The position numbers were made by a program, and so were the translations under genes. A DNA stretch of 64,000 bases from NCBI GenBank assembly GCA_963805085.1, contig CAWDTA010000002.1:448001-512000 (forward strand), written 5' to 3'. This stretch comes from an uncultured Veillonellaceae bacterium (lineage in GTDB: Bacteria > Bacillota > Negativicutes > JARBTT01). The notes beneath the pieces were generated by a model, which was given only the letters and a program-made list of their open reading frames with translations, was not told the DNA's origin and made no database searches. Positions 9,577 to 19,629 of this stretch are shown piece by piece (position 1 is the first letter of the stretch; every line of letters starts with the position of its first letter).

Positions 9577-10073
9577 TGTCAACGGAAACTTTAGCAATTA
9601 CCCCAAAAAGAACCTTAATTGAAGAATTTTGTTTTGGTGCTAAAAATGGTTTTTATCTCGGTGTAGAGAGAATTATTCCAGCAATGATTCTCGCTTATGT
9701 CTTAATTATGTGTTTAAAAATAACGGGTCTAATGACAATTGTTGGTACTGTTGTCGGTCCAGTTATGGCTATTTTCGGGCTACCTGGTGAAGCTGTTGTT
9801 TCCCTTGTTGCTGCTTTCTTTGCCAAGGCAGCTGGCGCTTCAACCGCGGCCTCCCTTTATGCCGAAGGCGTAATCAACGCTGCGCAAGTAACCATTCTGT
9901 TTCCTGCAACGATCACGATGGGAACACTCGTGGGTCACTTCGTTCGCGTCGTTGTTGCTTCTGGCGCAAATGCAAGATGGCATCCTTTACTTCTTTTTAT
10001 TCCGCTCTTCGATGCCGTTGTATCCATGCTTTTAGTCCGTGTCATATTAAACCTAATGGGCGTAGCTGCATAA
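9576..10073 (+). CDS. YjiG-like membrane protein
   Basis: GAKNGFYLG and PVMAIFGLPGEA motifs; overlaps the stop of the YjiH-like gene. Confidence 0.75.
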   Translation: MSTETLAITPKRTLIEEFCFGAKNGFYLGVERIIPAMILAYVLIMCLKITGLMTIVGTVVGPVMAIFGLPGEAVVSLVAAFFAKAAGASTAASLYAEGVINAAQVTILFPATITMGTLVGHFVRVVVASGANARWHPLLLFIPLFDAVVSMLLVRVILNLMGVAA

Positions 10074-10147
10074 ACTTAACTTTATAAAAACCTTTCAATT
10101 TATCTATATATCTACTTAATATTCCATTCTAACTTTTAAATAGATAA

Positions 10148-10196
10148 AAAACCCTCGTATCGAAATGTAAATTAACCATTTCGATACGAGGGTTTT
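10148..10196. terminator. Bidirectional rho-independent terminator
   Basis: AAAACCCTCGTATCGAAATG...CATTTCGATACGAGGGTTTT inverted repeat between convergent genes. Confidence 0.8.
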
Positions 10197-10237
10197 GTGT
10201 TTTAACTCAAATATAAAAATCTTTATATGAATTGATT

Positions 10238-11527
10238 TTAAACCGCTGTTTTATCTACTTCAATATGCTTAACTTTTCCAAGTAAAAACGCATAGTTTAA
10301 AATACCAATAATCAGGAGTCCCGAAGAAAGAAGCAGTGCCATGTTAAACGAACCAGTCGCTTGCAAAATTGCCCCAGTAACAATCGGACCTACTACCCCA
10401 CCCATATTAGAAACCGAGTTTTGTAATCCAGCAACCACCGAAGTCATATTTTTCGGTGCAACGTCACCAGGAAGTGCCCACACTTGCGATGCTGCCACCG
10501 TTGTTCCCGATTTAGCAATACATAAAAGAATAACTGCCGTAATTGGGGACTCAGCAAAAGCAGCCAGACCAATACAAGATGCCATTAATAAGCCGCCAAC
10601 TAAAAACGCTTTGCGCGTTGCAGTTAAAGACAACCAACCTTTTGAATATACCTTGTCAGATGCCCACCCAGCAGCAACTTCTACAATCATAGAAATTAAC
10701 AGTGGCATCATAGCCGCGAATCCCATTGCGAGCATTCCCATTCCTTTTTCTTTAACGAGATAGGTTGGAAGCCAAGTAATAAAGAAGTAAGAAGTATAGT
10801 TAATCATAAAAAAGCCAATGCACATTGCCCAAATGTTTCTATACTTTAAGAGTTCGTACCATTTCATTGGCTGCTCATTATCAAGACCTTCTTTTTTACT
10901 CTGTCCGTCGCGAATATACTTCAGTTCAGCAGCATTCACACCCTTATGTTCTTCTGGAATATTCCGATAATACATAAACCATACAACAGACCAAACAACA
11001 CCTAAAGCACCAATAATGACAAACGTCATCTTCCAGCCAAACATGGAAATAAGCCAAACAATAAGTGGCATTGCAACTGCTCCGCCAAATTTAGAACCAC
11101 TGTCAAAAAGTCCGCCAACCGTAGCCCGCTCTTTATCCGGGAACCATTTAGACGAAATTCCGGCATTACTTGGATATGCAGCAGCTTCACCAACCCCAAG
11201 TGCTACACGAAAGCCTAAGATTGATTTAAAACCTGTGCCAAGTCCAGTCAACGCTGTAGCCACAGACCACCAAGCTACGGCAAAACCCAAAGTTATTTTC
11301 TGGCCTAGCTTATCAGCAACTATACCTGCTGGAATCTGTAGTAAAGCATAGGACCAGAAAAAGCCCGACATGATAATCCCCATCTCGCTTGGTGTGATAC
11401 TAAAATCTTTGGTCATATAAGGAGCCGAGGCAGCAAGTACAGTACGGTCAATATAATTAATGGCAATTGCTGTCCACATTAACGCAGCAACAACCCAACG
11501 TACATTTGTTTTTTTCTCATTCAACAT
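10238..11527 (-). CDS. MFS transporter, anion:cation symporter (sugar acid) family
   Basis: INYIDRT, FFWSYALLQIPAG and GEAAAYP motifs. Confidence 0.9.
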   Translation of the reverse strand: MLNEKKTNVRWVVAALMWTAIAINYIDRTVLAASAPYMTKDFSITPSEMGIIMSGFFWSYALLQIPAGIVADKLGQKITLGFAVAWWSVATALTGLGTGFKSILGFRVALGVGEAAAYPSNAGISSKWFPDKERATVGGLFDSGSKFGGAVAMPLIVWLISMFGWKMTFVIIGALGVVWSVVWFMYYRNIPEEHKGVNAAELKYIRDGQSKKEGLDNEQPMKWYELLKYRNIWAMCIGFFMINYTSYFFITWLPTYLVKEKGMGMLAMGFAAMMPLLISMIVEVAAGWASDKVYSKGWLSLTATRKAFLVGGLLMASCIGLAAFAESPITAVILLCIAKSGTTVAASQVWALPGDVAPKNMTSVVAGLQNSVSNMGGVVGPIVTGAILQATGSFNMALLLSSGLLIIGILNYAFLLGKVKHIEVDKTAV

Positions 11528-11735
11528 GGTAATACCTCCACTTTTTATTATGCATTAAAATAATTGGATGATAGACAAGTGCTTTTGTTGGCGAAATAAT
11601 AATTCCTTTAGTAAAATTTAGAATATTTTCACTTTTCTATTTAAATTCATAAATCAAACAATTCTAACTTTTATCTTGTTGAAATAATCGGATTACTTAG
11701 TGCAACCCGATTATTTCTATTTTTTCATTGTAGCC

Positions 11736-12896
11736 TTATAATAATTTTTTATAAATAGCCCGCATATCTTCTTTGGTAACCACTTTAGGATTGTTATCTA
11801 ATAACCGCGTTACTTTCGCCGCAGCATCAATCAAATCATCAAGAACGTCTTCATTGATTCCTTTTTCTCTTAAATCACATTTTACATTCATATCTTCAAT
11901 CATCGAATATAAATTTTCAATCATTTTTTCTGCAGCTTGTCTCGTCGTGCAATCTGTCAAATCAAGTTCCATTGCCACCGCAATGTCTTTGAATTTATCT
12001 TCACAAACGTCTAAATTAAACTTCATAACATCAGGAAGCAAAATCGCATTGGATAAACCATGTGGAATATGATATTTCCCGCCCAATGGATACGACAAGG
12101 CATGCACAGCCGTTGTACTAGATGTCGCGATAGAAATACCGCCGAAGCAGGCACCCAAAAGCATATCTTCACGTGCTTGTAGGTTTTTACCATCATTATA
12201 CGCTGTACGAATACTGCGAGAAATTAAGTTAATTGCTTTTAGTGCAAAAGTATCACTGAATGGATTTGCTTTTTTCGAAATATAACATTCTATTGCATGG
12301 CATAAAGCATCCATCCCTGTATTGGCAGTAATGTGTTTTGGCAATCCTACTGTCATTTCTGGATCTAATATTACACAATCGCAGACCATTTTTTCGCTGA
12401 CAATCCCTACTTTTAGTTCTTCTTCTGGCACTAAGACAATCGCATTTGGTGTTGCTTCTGAACCAGTTCCTGCCGTCGTCGGAACCATAAGGGTTGGTAC
12501 CCCACGACGTTTAAACTCAGCTTTTCCTTTGACTAGGTCATATAAAGTTACATCATTGGTTAATAATAATGATACTAATTTTGCAGTATCCATGGAGCTA
12601 CCGCCACCAATACCAATGATCATCTGACATTCAAAGTTTTTTGCAGCATTGAAAATAGCATTGACTTGCTCTAATGCTGGTTCTGGGGGTGTATCATTCA
12701 TAATATGAACATTAACGCCAGCATCTTCAAGGATTTTCTTTGGTTTATCAATTAAACCTGTTTGCCAAACGCCTTGATCCGTAATAACAACAACATTTTT
12801 TGCTTCAAAACTTTCTACAACATCTTTTATCTGTGCAATAGAGCCCGCACCGGCTACAATTTTTCCTATGTTTAATAACGAATATAGTTTACTCAT
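11736..12896 (-). CDS. Iron-containing alcohol dehydrogenase
   Basis: GGGSSMD, PTTAGTGSEAT, DALCHAIE, HALSY and PHGLSNA motifs. Confidence 0.9.
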   Translation of the reverse strand: MSKLYSLLNIGKIVAGAGSIAQIKDVVESFEAKNVVVITDQGVWQTGLIDKPKKILEDAGVNVHIMNDTPPEPALEQVNAIFNAAKNFECQMIIGIGGGSSMDTAKLVSLLLTNDVTLYDLVKGKAEFKRRGVPTLMVPTTAGTGSEATPNAIVLVPEEELKVGIVSEKMVCDCVILDPEMTVGLPKHITANTGMDALCHAIECYISKKANPFSDTFALKAINLISRSIRTAYNDGKNLQAREDMLLGACFGGISIATSSTTAVHALSYPLGGKYHIPHGLSNAILLPDVMKFNLDVCEDKFKDIAVAMELDLTDCTTRQAAEKMIENLYSMIEDMNVKCDLREKGINEDVLDDLIDAAAKVTRLLDNNPKVVTKEDMRAIYKKLL

Positions 12897-13003
12897 GCTA
12901 CTCTCTTCTTTCTACCATTATATTCACGATATATGTTTAAACAATCATTTTACTTAATTAGAACTATCATTTTTAACTTTCATGAAAATGTACAATGCAT
13001 TTA

Positions 13004-13981
13004 TTATTTATTCCAGCGTGGATGTTCATAAGCTTTTGGATTGCAAACTTTTGGCCAACGCTCACCGTTCATTACCGCGATAACTCCTTCAGCTGCCATC
13101 GTTGCTACACCAGAAGCTGCTTCTTTGGTTTGTCCTGCCATATGTGGAGATACGATAATATTGTCATATTGGAATAACGGTTCCTCTGCAGTCACTGGCT
13201 CATTACTAAATACATCTGTTGCGGCAGTGTGTATTTGATTATTTTTCAATGCTTTTGCTAACGCAATTTCATCGATAATACCGCCACGGGAACAGTTAAT
13301 TAAAATCGCATTAGATTTCATCACACCTAGCTCAGCCGCACCAATAATATGCTTAGTTTTTGGTGTTAACGGTACATGCAAAGAAATTACATCAGCTATT
13401 TTTAAAACAGCATTCAGATCTGTTTCATGTTGATAGCCTTCTTTTTCAATCACTTCTGGTTTAACAAATGGATCATAGACAACCACTTTCATTCCAATAC
13501 TCGCTGACATTTTTGCAAGTATGCTGCCAATATTTCCATAACCGACTAGCCCTAGCGTTTTACCATATAATTCAAACGCTTTATAACTGCTTCTGATATT
13601 AAAATTGCCTTTACGAAGTTCTTTATCACTACGCACCATATCTTTCGCTGCCGCAAACATAAAAGCAAAAGCATGCTCTGCTACCGAACGGGTATTAGCT
13701 CCTGGAGCGATAACCACAGGGATTCCAAGATCCGTTGCCGCTTCTACATCAACATCATCAACCCCAACGCCAGGGCGACCAATCACTTTTAAATTTTTTG
13801 CCGCCAGCATCGTTTCCCTATCAATTGATCCAATACGAATAATAAGACCTTCTGCATCAAGCAATTCTGGTAGCATTGCCTTTGGATCACCATTATTCGT
13901 AATCGCCACTTTTACATTGGCTTTTTCTAAAACAGCCATTCCATCATCATGTAATCTATGAGAAATAACAACTTTTTTCAT
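13004..13981 (-). CDS. D-2-hydroxyacid dehydrogenase
   Basis: GLVGYGNIG, NCSRGGII and SPHMAG motifs. Confidence 0.9.
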   Translation of the reverse strand: MKKVVISHRLHDDGMAVLEKANVKVAITNNGDPKAMLPELLDAEGLIIRIGSIDRETMLAAKNLKVIGRPGVGVDDVDVEAATDLGIPVVIAPGANTRSVAEHAFAFMFAAAKDMVRSDKELRKGNFNIRSSYKAFELYGKTLGLVGYGNIGSILAKMSASIGMKVVVYDPFVKPEVIEKEGYQHETDLNAVLKIADVISLHVPLTPKTKHIIGAAELGVMKSNAILINCSRGGIIDEIALAKALKNNQIHTAATDVFSNEPVTAEEPLFQYDNIIVSPHMAGQTKEAASGVATMAAEGVIAVMNGERWPKVCNPKAYEHPRWNK

Positions 13982-14120
13982 TTAAAGCGCTCCTTATTTA
14001 AAAATCGAGAAAACCGAGAAATTCGAGCTATGAACATAGGGTGCATGTGTTTCCCTATGAATTCACCCTATGTTTTTGCTCTTCTATACAAAACTAAGGG
14101 GTAGTATTGCTCGCTATGAT

Positions 14121-14996
14121 TTATTTATATAGTTTAAAAACTTCTTGCAGCGCTGCATCGATTTCAGGTTTTGCACAGTTCGATGGTTCACGTGCTGGGC
14201 CAACTGGATAGCCAAGTAAATTCACTGCACGTTTTACAACGGAGTTTGGATTGCCCATTTGCATTACATTACGGAACGGTCTAATTTTCTTTTGTGCTTC
14301 ATTTGCTTCAGCAATTTTGCCTTCTGACCATAACTTATAAATGCTTACCATAAGTTCTGGGAATACGTTGGAACAACCGGAAATTGCCCCGCTGCCACCT
14401 GCCATTAAAGTCCAAAGAATTAAAGAATCACTGCCTGCAAGTACACTTAAACGTTCATCCGTATTTTCGATATATTTTAAGCTGTTATCAAAGTTCCCGC
14501 TGCTGTCTTTGATACCTATGATATTTTTATATTTCGCTAACTTTGCTACTGTTTTATAGTCAATGTTATTGCCTGTTCTCGCTGGGATGTTATAAAGAAG
14601 TATTGGTAAATCAACAGCTTCAGCAACCGCACTGTAATGACGATAAATATCATCTTGTGAAACGCCGACAAAATATGGGGAGATGATGGATAAAACATCT
14701 ACACCTAAATCTTTGGCAATCTTAGATAATTCAATGGTTTCTTTTGTCGTAATACAACCAGTACCTGCATATACAGGTACTCTGCCATTTACTTCCTCGA
14801 CTGCCACTTTAATAATTTCGATTTTTTCTTCTTTTGAAAACGCATAAAATTCACCATTTGTTCCTAAAGGGAAAATGCCGCTAACGCCCGCATTGATTAA
14901 GCGATTGATCTGTACACGATATTCTTTTTCATTGAATTTTTCGTCCTCAGTTAATGTAGTAAGAATTGGAGTAATAATACCTTCTGGTTTAAACAT
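14121..14996 (-). CDS. DapA/NAL family aldolase (probably catabolic)
   Basis: GTNGE, LYNIPARTG and GIKDSSG (Schiff-base Lys); located in a sugar-acid operon. Confidence 0.85.
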   Translation of the reverse strand: MFKPEGIITPILTTLTEDEKFNEKEYRVQINRLINAGVSGIFPLGTNGEFYAFSKEEKIEIIKVAVEEVNGRVPVYAGTGCITTKETIELSKIAKDLGVDVLSIISPYFVGVSQDDIYRHYSAVAEAVDLPILLYNIPARTGNNIDYKTVAKLAKYKNIIGIKDSSGNFDNSLKYIENTDERLSVLAGSDSLILWTLMAGGSGAISGCSNVFPELMVSIYKLWSEGKIAEANEAQKKIRPFRNVMQMGNPNSVVKRAVNLLGYPVGPAREPSNCAKPEIDAALQEVFKLYK

Positions 14997-15030
14997 AAAT
15001 AATCATCCCTTCAATTTATCATAATTTATT

Positions 15031-16041
15031 TTATTTATTTAAAAGATCAGCAAATTTTACAGTTGCCATCTGTGCACCAAGTAATAAAGATTCCGTCATA
15101 CTCCTACTGTCAGCAATACCCTGTCCAGCAACAGGGAATGCTGTCCCATGATCGACAGAAGTACGAATACAAGGTAAACCAACTGTTACATTCACGCCTG
15201 TTTCAAAGCCCAATACCTTAATTGGAATATGACCTTGGTCGTGATACATCACTACAACAATGTCAAATTCATTTTTGATAGCCGCGCGATAAAATACGCT
15301 ATCTGGTGGCACTGGACCTGTTACATCCATCCCCGCTTTTTTGGCTTCTTCCACCGCTGGCAGGATTTCAGTTTCATCTTCACTGCCAAAAAGCCCACTC
15401 TCGCCTGAATGAGGATTTAAGCCCGCAACTGCAATACGCGGTTTATCAACGCCCATCATTTTTACCGTTTCATTGGCCAAATTGATTACTTTTAAGACGC
15501 GTTCTTTTTTTACCAAGTCACAAGCTTTTCTAAGCGGCACATGTGTCGATACATGAATAACTTTTAATGCGCCACTGACAAGCATCATCGAATAATCTTT
15601 TTGCCCTGATAACGTACCCAATATTTCTGTATGACCCGGGTAGTGATTGCCACCCAGGTTTAGCGCTTCTTTGTTGAGCGGGGCAGTTACAATTGCATGA
15701 ATTTCATGCTTAAGTGCATATTTAACTGCCATTTCAATGTATTCATAAGCAGCTTTTCCCGCTCTCGCATCTACCTGCGCAAAAGGTAAATCTGCTGGTA
15801 AATTATCTAAATCAAGGATGTCAATTGTTCCATATGCATTGCCGCCAAAACTTGGATGATCAATTACATTACATTTTAACTCTGCACCAACAATTTTTAC
15901 TGCACGTTCCATTATTTTTTTATCGCCAAACACCACTGGCCTGCCGATTTCATAAATCGCACGATCAGCCAATGCTTTTACGATAATTTCAGGACCAACA
16001 CCTGCAGCATCGCCCATCGTAATTCCCAAAATTGGTTTCAT
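15031..16041 (-). CDS. pdxA2: PdxA2-type 4-phospho-D-threonate/erythronate dehydrogenase
   Basis: GDAAGVGPEI, PGHTE, NPHSGE, MYHDQGHIP and RTSVDHGTA motifs; next to a DUF1537 kinase. Confidence 0.85.
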   Translation of the reverse strand: MKPILGITMGDAAGVGPEIIVKALADRAIYEIGRPVVFGDKKIMERAVKIVGAELKCNVIDHPSFGGNAYGTIDILDLDNLPADLPFAQVDARAGKAAYEYIEMAVKYALKHEIHAIVTAPLNKEALNLGGNHYPGHTEILGTLSGQKDYSMMLVSGALKVIHVSTHVPLRKACDLVKKERVLKVINLANETVKMMGVDKPRIAVAGLNPHSGESGLFGSEDETEILPAVEEAKKAGMDVTGPVPPDSVFYRAAIKNEFDIVVVMYHDQGHIPIKVLGFETGVNVTVGLPCIRTSVDHGTAFPVAGQGIADSRSMTESLLLGAQMATVKFADLLNK

Positions 16042-16055
16042 CTCTTTTTCCTCCT

Positions 16056-17381
16056 TTAATGTTTCTCTTGTATGTTATCCTCTATTTTAAATGAATTTAC
16101 TTGACGAATCGCTTTGATTGCCTGGACAAAACTTTGCTTAGTTCCGAAAGCTCCAGCTTTCGTTACAACCTGTAGTCCATCACAAACGCCACCTACTAAT
16201 TTCCCTAGCGGAATTCCAATTGCAACTTCAGCAATCACTTCTATTGCCTCCGCTTTCAGTGATCTACAAACATGAATTGCAGTATCTCCACCAGTCAGTA
16301 CCATTCCCGCTATTTTAAAAACTACCAACGACTCGGTAATTTTCCCTAGAGAAACTGCAATAACCTCGCTGACTTTTTCACTACTCATGCCATGCTTCTT
16401 ACCCGTTTCTAAGGCAACATTTACATCCTCATCATCAAGTGCACTGGCAATCAATATATCTTTATTTTCGTGTAACAATGCTTTTGCTGCTTTTATACAC
16501 CGCTCAATTTCGTCTTCCTTCTGGTTCACCAAATGAACTACATCCATTTTTATCAACGACATATTTGGCAGTTTTAACGCTTCCCCTACTTGAGCTTGGG
16601 TAGTTTTACTGACGCTGCCAGCAATAACAAGAACCGAACCTTTTGTGTCTAATATTTGCCGCTGTTCTTTTTTTTGCCACTGATAAATTGCTGGTAAACA
16701 ATCCGCTAAAGCTGCTGATCCTACGAATAAGACTTCTTGGTAGCATTTTGTTGCTTCAACGATAGCGGTTAAATGTCCATTCTCGATACTATCAAATACA
16801 ATCCATTTTTCGCCATTTGCTACACATGCTTTGATTGCTTCTTTGATTGCGTCTACCCCTTTTACAATCGTCGGCAAGGTAATCAGCCCAATTTCTCTAT
16901 TCGGTGTTTGTTTTTTCAACAACTCAATAATGCGCGATTCTTTAACTGGACTTTTAGGCGCATAGGCGATTTCTGTTAATTCAATTGGTATTCCATCCAA
17001 TAGGTGAAAACCGCCAACCGTTGTTCGCTTATTGCTAGGAAAAGCTGGAGCAATCACAGTAACTTCCGGCTGAAACACGTTCGTAATTGCTTCAATTTCA
17101 GCCCCTAAATTTCCCCGTAATGTAGAATCTACTTTTTTATAAACATGCGCAACGCCACTGTCTTGTAAAGCTTCGCATAGTTTTTTTACTTTATCATAAG
17201 CAAGTTTTGCATCAATATCTCGGCTATCTGTATCAAAAACAACCACTTCTGATGTTTCACGCAATAAATTCTTTTGATCAAAATTAATTCTCACACAGCT
17301 GCTAATATTATTTTTAGCAAATTGAACTGCCGTATCATTTGCGCCTGTAAGATCATCTGCAATGACCGCTAACTTTATCAT
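16056..17381 (-). CDS. Four-carbon acid sugar kinase (DUF1537, DtnK/DenK-like)
   Basis: IADDLTGAND, KKVDSTLRGN, PAFP, TGGDTA and TKAGAFG motifs. Confidence 0.9.
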   Translation of the reverse strand: MIKLAVIADDLTGANDTAVQFAKNNISSCVRINFDQKNLLRETSEVVVFDTDSRDIDAKLAYDKVKKLCEALQDSGVAHVYKKVDSTLRGNLGAEIEAITNVFQPEVTVIAPAFPSNKRTTVGGFHLLDGIPIELTEIAYAPKSPVKESRIIELLKKQTPNREIGLITLPTIVKGVDAIKEAIKACVANGEKWIVFDSIENGHLTAIVEATKCYQEVLFVGSAALADCLPAIYQWQKKEQRQILDTKGSVLVIAGSVSKTTQAQVGEALKLPNMSLIKMDVVHLVNQKEDEIERCIKAAKALLHENKDILIASALDDEDVNVALETGKKHGMSSEKVSEVIAVSLGKITESLVVFKIAGMVLTGGDTAIHVCRSLKAEAIEVIAEVAIGIPLGKLVGGVCDGLQVVTKAGAFGTKQSFVQAIKAIRQVNSFKIEDNIQEKH

Positions 17382-17423
17382 CGATGTGTCACCTTCTCTC
17401 CTTGGTCATTTGCCTAATTATAA

Positions 17424-17439
17424 TGCAAGCAGCATGCCA
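17424..17439 (-). promoter_or_regulatory. sigma54 (-24/-12) promoter of the kinase-pdxA2 operon
   Basis: Minus strand TGGCATGCTGCTTGCA, directly downstream of a sigma54 activator gene. Confidence 0.85.
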
Positions 17440-17487
17440 ACTTGTTTTTGTGCAAATATACTGAATCTTTTATTTTTTCAAATAAAA

Positions 17488-17510
17488 ATACGTTGCATAG
17501 TGCAACGTAT
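17488..17510. promoter_or_regulatory. Palindromic upstream activator site (candidate enhancer-binding site)
   Basis: ATACGTTGCA-TAG-TGCAACGTAT perfect 10-bp inverted repeat about 50-70 bp upstream of the -24 box. Confidence 0.6.
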
Positions 17511-17543
17511 TCAGTGTTATTTGCATCAAATAATACAATTTGA

Positions 17544-19430
17544 TTATTTTGCATTTAGTTTTCGCCACAATGTCGTACGATGAATTCCTAAGCGTATTGC
17601 CGCACGTCCATAATTAAAGTTCTCTTCCTCTAAAACTCGCCGCAAAGTATTTTTTTCTATTTCTGCCAAATTATCTTTAGCACTATTCTCATTTCTTTGT
17701 TCTTCCTTTATTTCTATTTCTTGCTCTTCCTCATCGCGCGCTTCAATAATATCTTGTTTTGTTATCATCGGTCCATCACTGAGTAGCATCACACGCTCTA
17801 TCGTATTCGCAAGTTGTCTAATATTACCCGGCCAAGCGCATTTTTTCAAATATTCTCTTGCTTCTATACTAATACCAGTAATCTGTGAATTAACTGCATG
17901 CATTTGTTTTACTATTTTTTTTGCCAAAAGTGGAATATCATCTGCTCTTTCCTGTAATGTCGGCATATGAATTCTCAAGATATTCAAGCGATAATAAAGA
18001 TCTTGACGAAATTGCTTTTCTTCCACCATTTTGGCTAAATTCTGATTGGTAGCTGCAATAATTCTAACATCAACGGGAATCACGCTATCTCCACCTAAAT
18101 GCATCACTGCTTTTTCCTGCAATACTCTAAGAAGTCTCGATTGGAGTGCCATTGGCATTTCCCCAATTTCATCAAGAAAAATCGTTCCCCCATGTGCAAG
18201 CTCAAACAAGCCCTGCCTGCCACCTCGCTTGGCACCAGTAAACGCCCCTTCGGCGTAACCAAACAATTCACTCTCTAATAAATTTTCTGGCAATGCTGCA
18301 CAATTCACGGCAACAAACGGTCCATTAGAACGCGTGCTTATATTATGAATACTCTGTACGAGCATTTCCTTACCAGTACCAGATTCACCAGTGATTAATA
18401 TCGTCGACTGCGTCAATGCATACTTCGTAGCCTTGCGCTTCATCGCCGTACAAACTGGCGAAGTTCCTACGATATCTTCCATTTTCACACGGGCAATAAG
18501 CCCTTTTGCATGCAATTTTTTACGCACATTTTGTTCTAATTGTTGTAATTGTGATACATTTTGGAAGGTATAGATATTACCGATTGTTTCATCTTTTACC
18601 TTAATTCGGCTTTCTTTTACGGTTAATGTTTTATCCCCAATTTTTTGCACATCGTCTTCTACATTTTTTTTTGAAATCAACAGCTCGGGAATCACCTTTT
18701 TCAAAGAGTGTCCCATCACTTCTAAATGAGATAGTTTAAACATTTTTTCTGCCATCGGATTGAAAATTGTAATTTTAGCCTCCGGATCTGTGGCGATGAT
18801 CCCTTCGGCAGACTGGTCAATTACCGTGCGAAGTAGTTCTGATTTTTCTTGTTCTTCGCGACGAATCCGCGCAATAAGTTCCGCTTCCTTCATCGCTTTA
18901 TAAATAGCTTCACGCCCTGAATGAATCAACGCACCTGGTATTCCTAAATTCGTTGCAATTTTTGTTGAAATCGCATCCCCGACGATAAGTTCTACACCAT
19001 TTTTTATCGCAGTTTCAATTTTTTCCGCCGCTTCCGCTTCATCTCGCAGAGTAATTTCGCAAAACGTAATGCCAAGTAGTTTCGCCAAATCTTCACAACC
19101 ATAGATCACATTTTCAAAACCAGCAATTCCTACTTTTTCAGGATATTTACCATTTTTCATCATTGCTCGCAAAATATCGATGACTGTAACTTGAATTGGT
19201 ACAATCGGAATATTCACATTTTTTTCGATTAAAGTTGCTGTACCACCGCGACTGATGATAACCTCTACCCCATCTTCGACTTCCTGTTTTACCATTGCAA
19301 TACACTCTTGCAAATCACCTTTTACAATTTTAATGTGTTCAGCAGAATCAGCAAATTGTTCTTTTACAACTTTTTCTGCCGCTTCAACCAAATCGGTAAA
19401 AGGTGCTACAAATAGAATCCTTGCATCCAC
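17544..19430 (-). CDS. PrpR-like sigma54-dependent enhancer-binding protein (PrpR_N, PAS, AAA+, HTH)
   Basis: GESGTGKE, GAFTGA, FLDEIGE and WPGNIRQL motifs, C-terminal Fis HTH; GTG start after GAGGTG. Confidence 0.92.
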   Translation of the reverse strand: MDARILFVAPFTDLVEAAEKVVKEQFADSAEHIKIVKGDLQECIAMVKQEVEDGVEVIISRGGTATLIEKNVNIPIVPIQVTVIDILRAMMKNGKYPEKVGIAGFENVIYGCEDLAKLLGITFCEITLRDEAEAAEKIETAIKNGVELIVGDAISTKIATNLGIPGALIHSGREAIYKAMKEAELIARIRREEQEKSELLRTVIDQSAEGIIATDPEAKITIFNPMAEKMFKLSHLEVMGHSLKKVIPELLISKKNVEDDVQKIGDKTLTVKESRIKVKDETIGNIYTFQNVSQLQQLEQNVRKKLHAKGLIARVKMEDIVGTSPVCTAMKRKATKYALTQSTILITGESGTGKEMLVQSIHNISTRSNGPFVAVNCAALPENLLESELFGYAEGAFTGAKRGGRQGLFELAHGGTIFLDEIGEMPMALQSRLLRVLQEKAVMHLGGDSVIPVDVRIIAATNQNLAKMVEEKQFRQDLYYRLNILRIHMPTLQERADDIPLLAKKIVKQMHAVNSQITGISIEAREYLKKCAWPGNIRQLANTIERVMLLSDGPMITKQDIIEARDEEEQEIEIKEEQRNENSAKDNLAEIEKNTLRRVLEEENFNYGRAAIRLGIHRTTLWRKLNAK

Positions 19431-19534
19431 ACGAATCACCTCTATTTAAAAATGAATTCATTGTTTTTTCATCATACTAAAATTCATTCTACCACAAATA
19501 CAATAAAATTTTTAACAATTCAATTTGACTGTGT

Positions 19535-19585
19535 AAAAAAAACAGGAGTTCAAACCTTCTAACTAAAGGGTTGAACTCCTATTTT
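19535..19585 (-). terminator. Terminator after serA
   Basis: AGGAGTTCAA...TTGAACTCCT stem with a flanking A/T run. Confidence 0.7.
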
Positions 19586-19629
19586 ATCGCGCATTTTCAT
19601 TACGCAAACTGCAGTTTTCTTCTATAGTA

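Noticed and set aside
14121-14996. dapA as a lysine biosynthesis gene
   Set aside because: It sits in a sigma54 sugar-acid catabolic operon with no other dap genes; only a family-level call is supported
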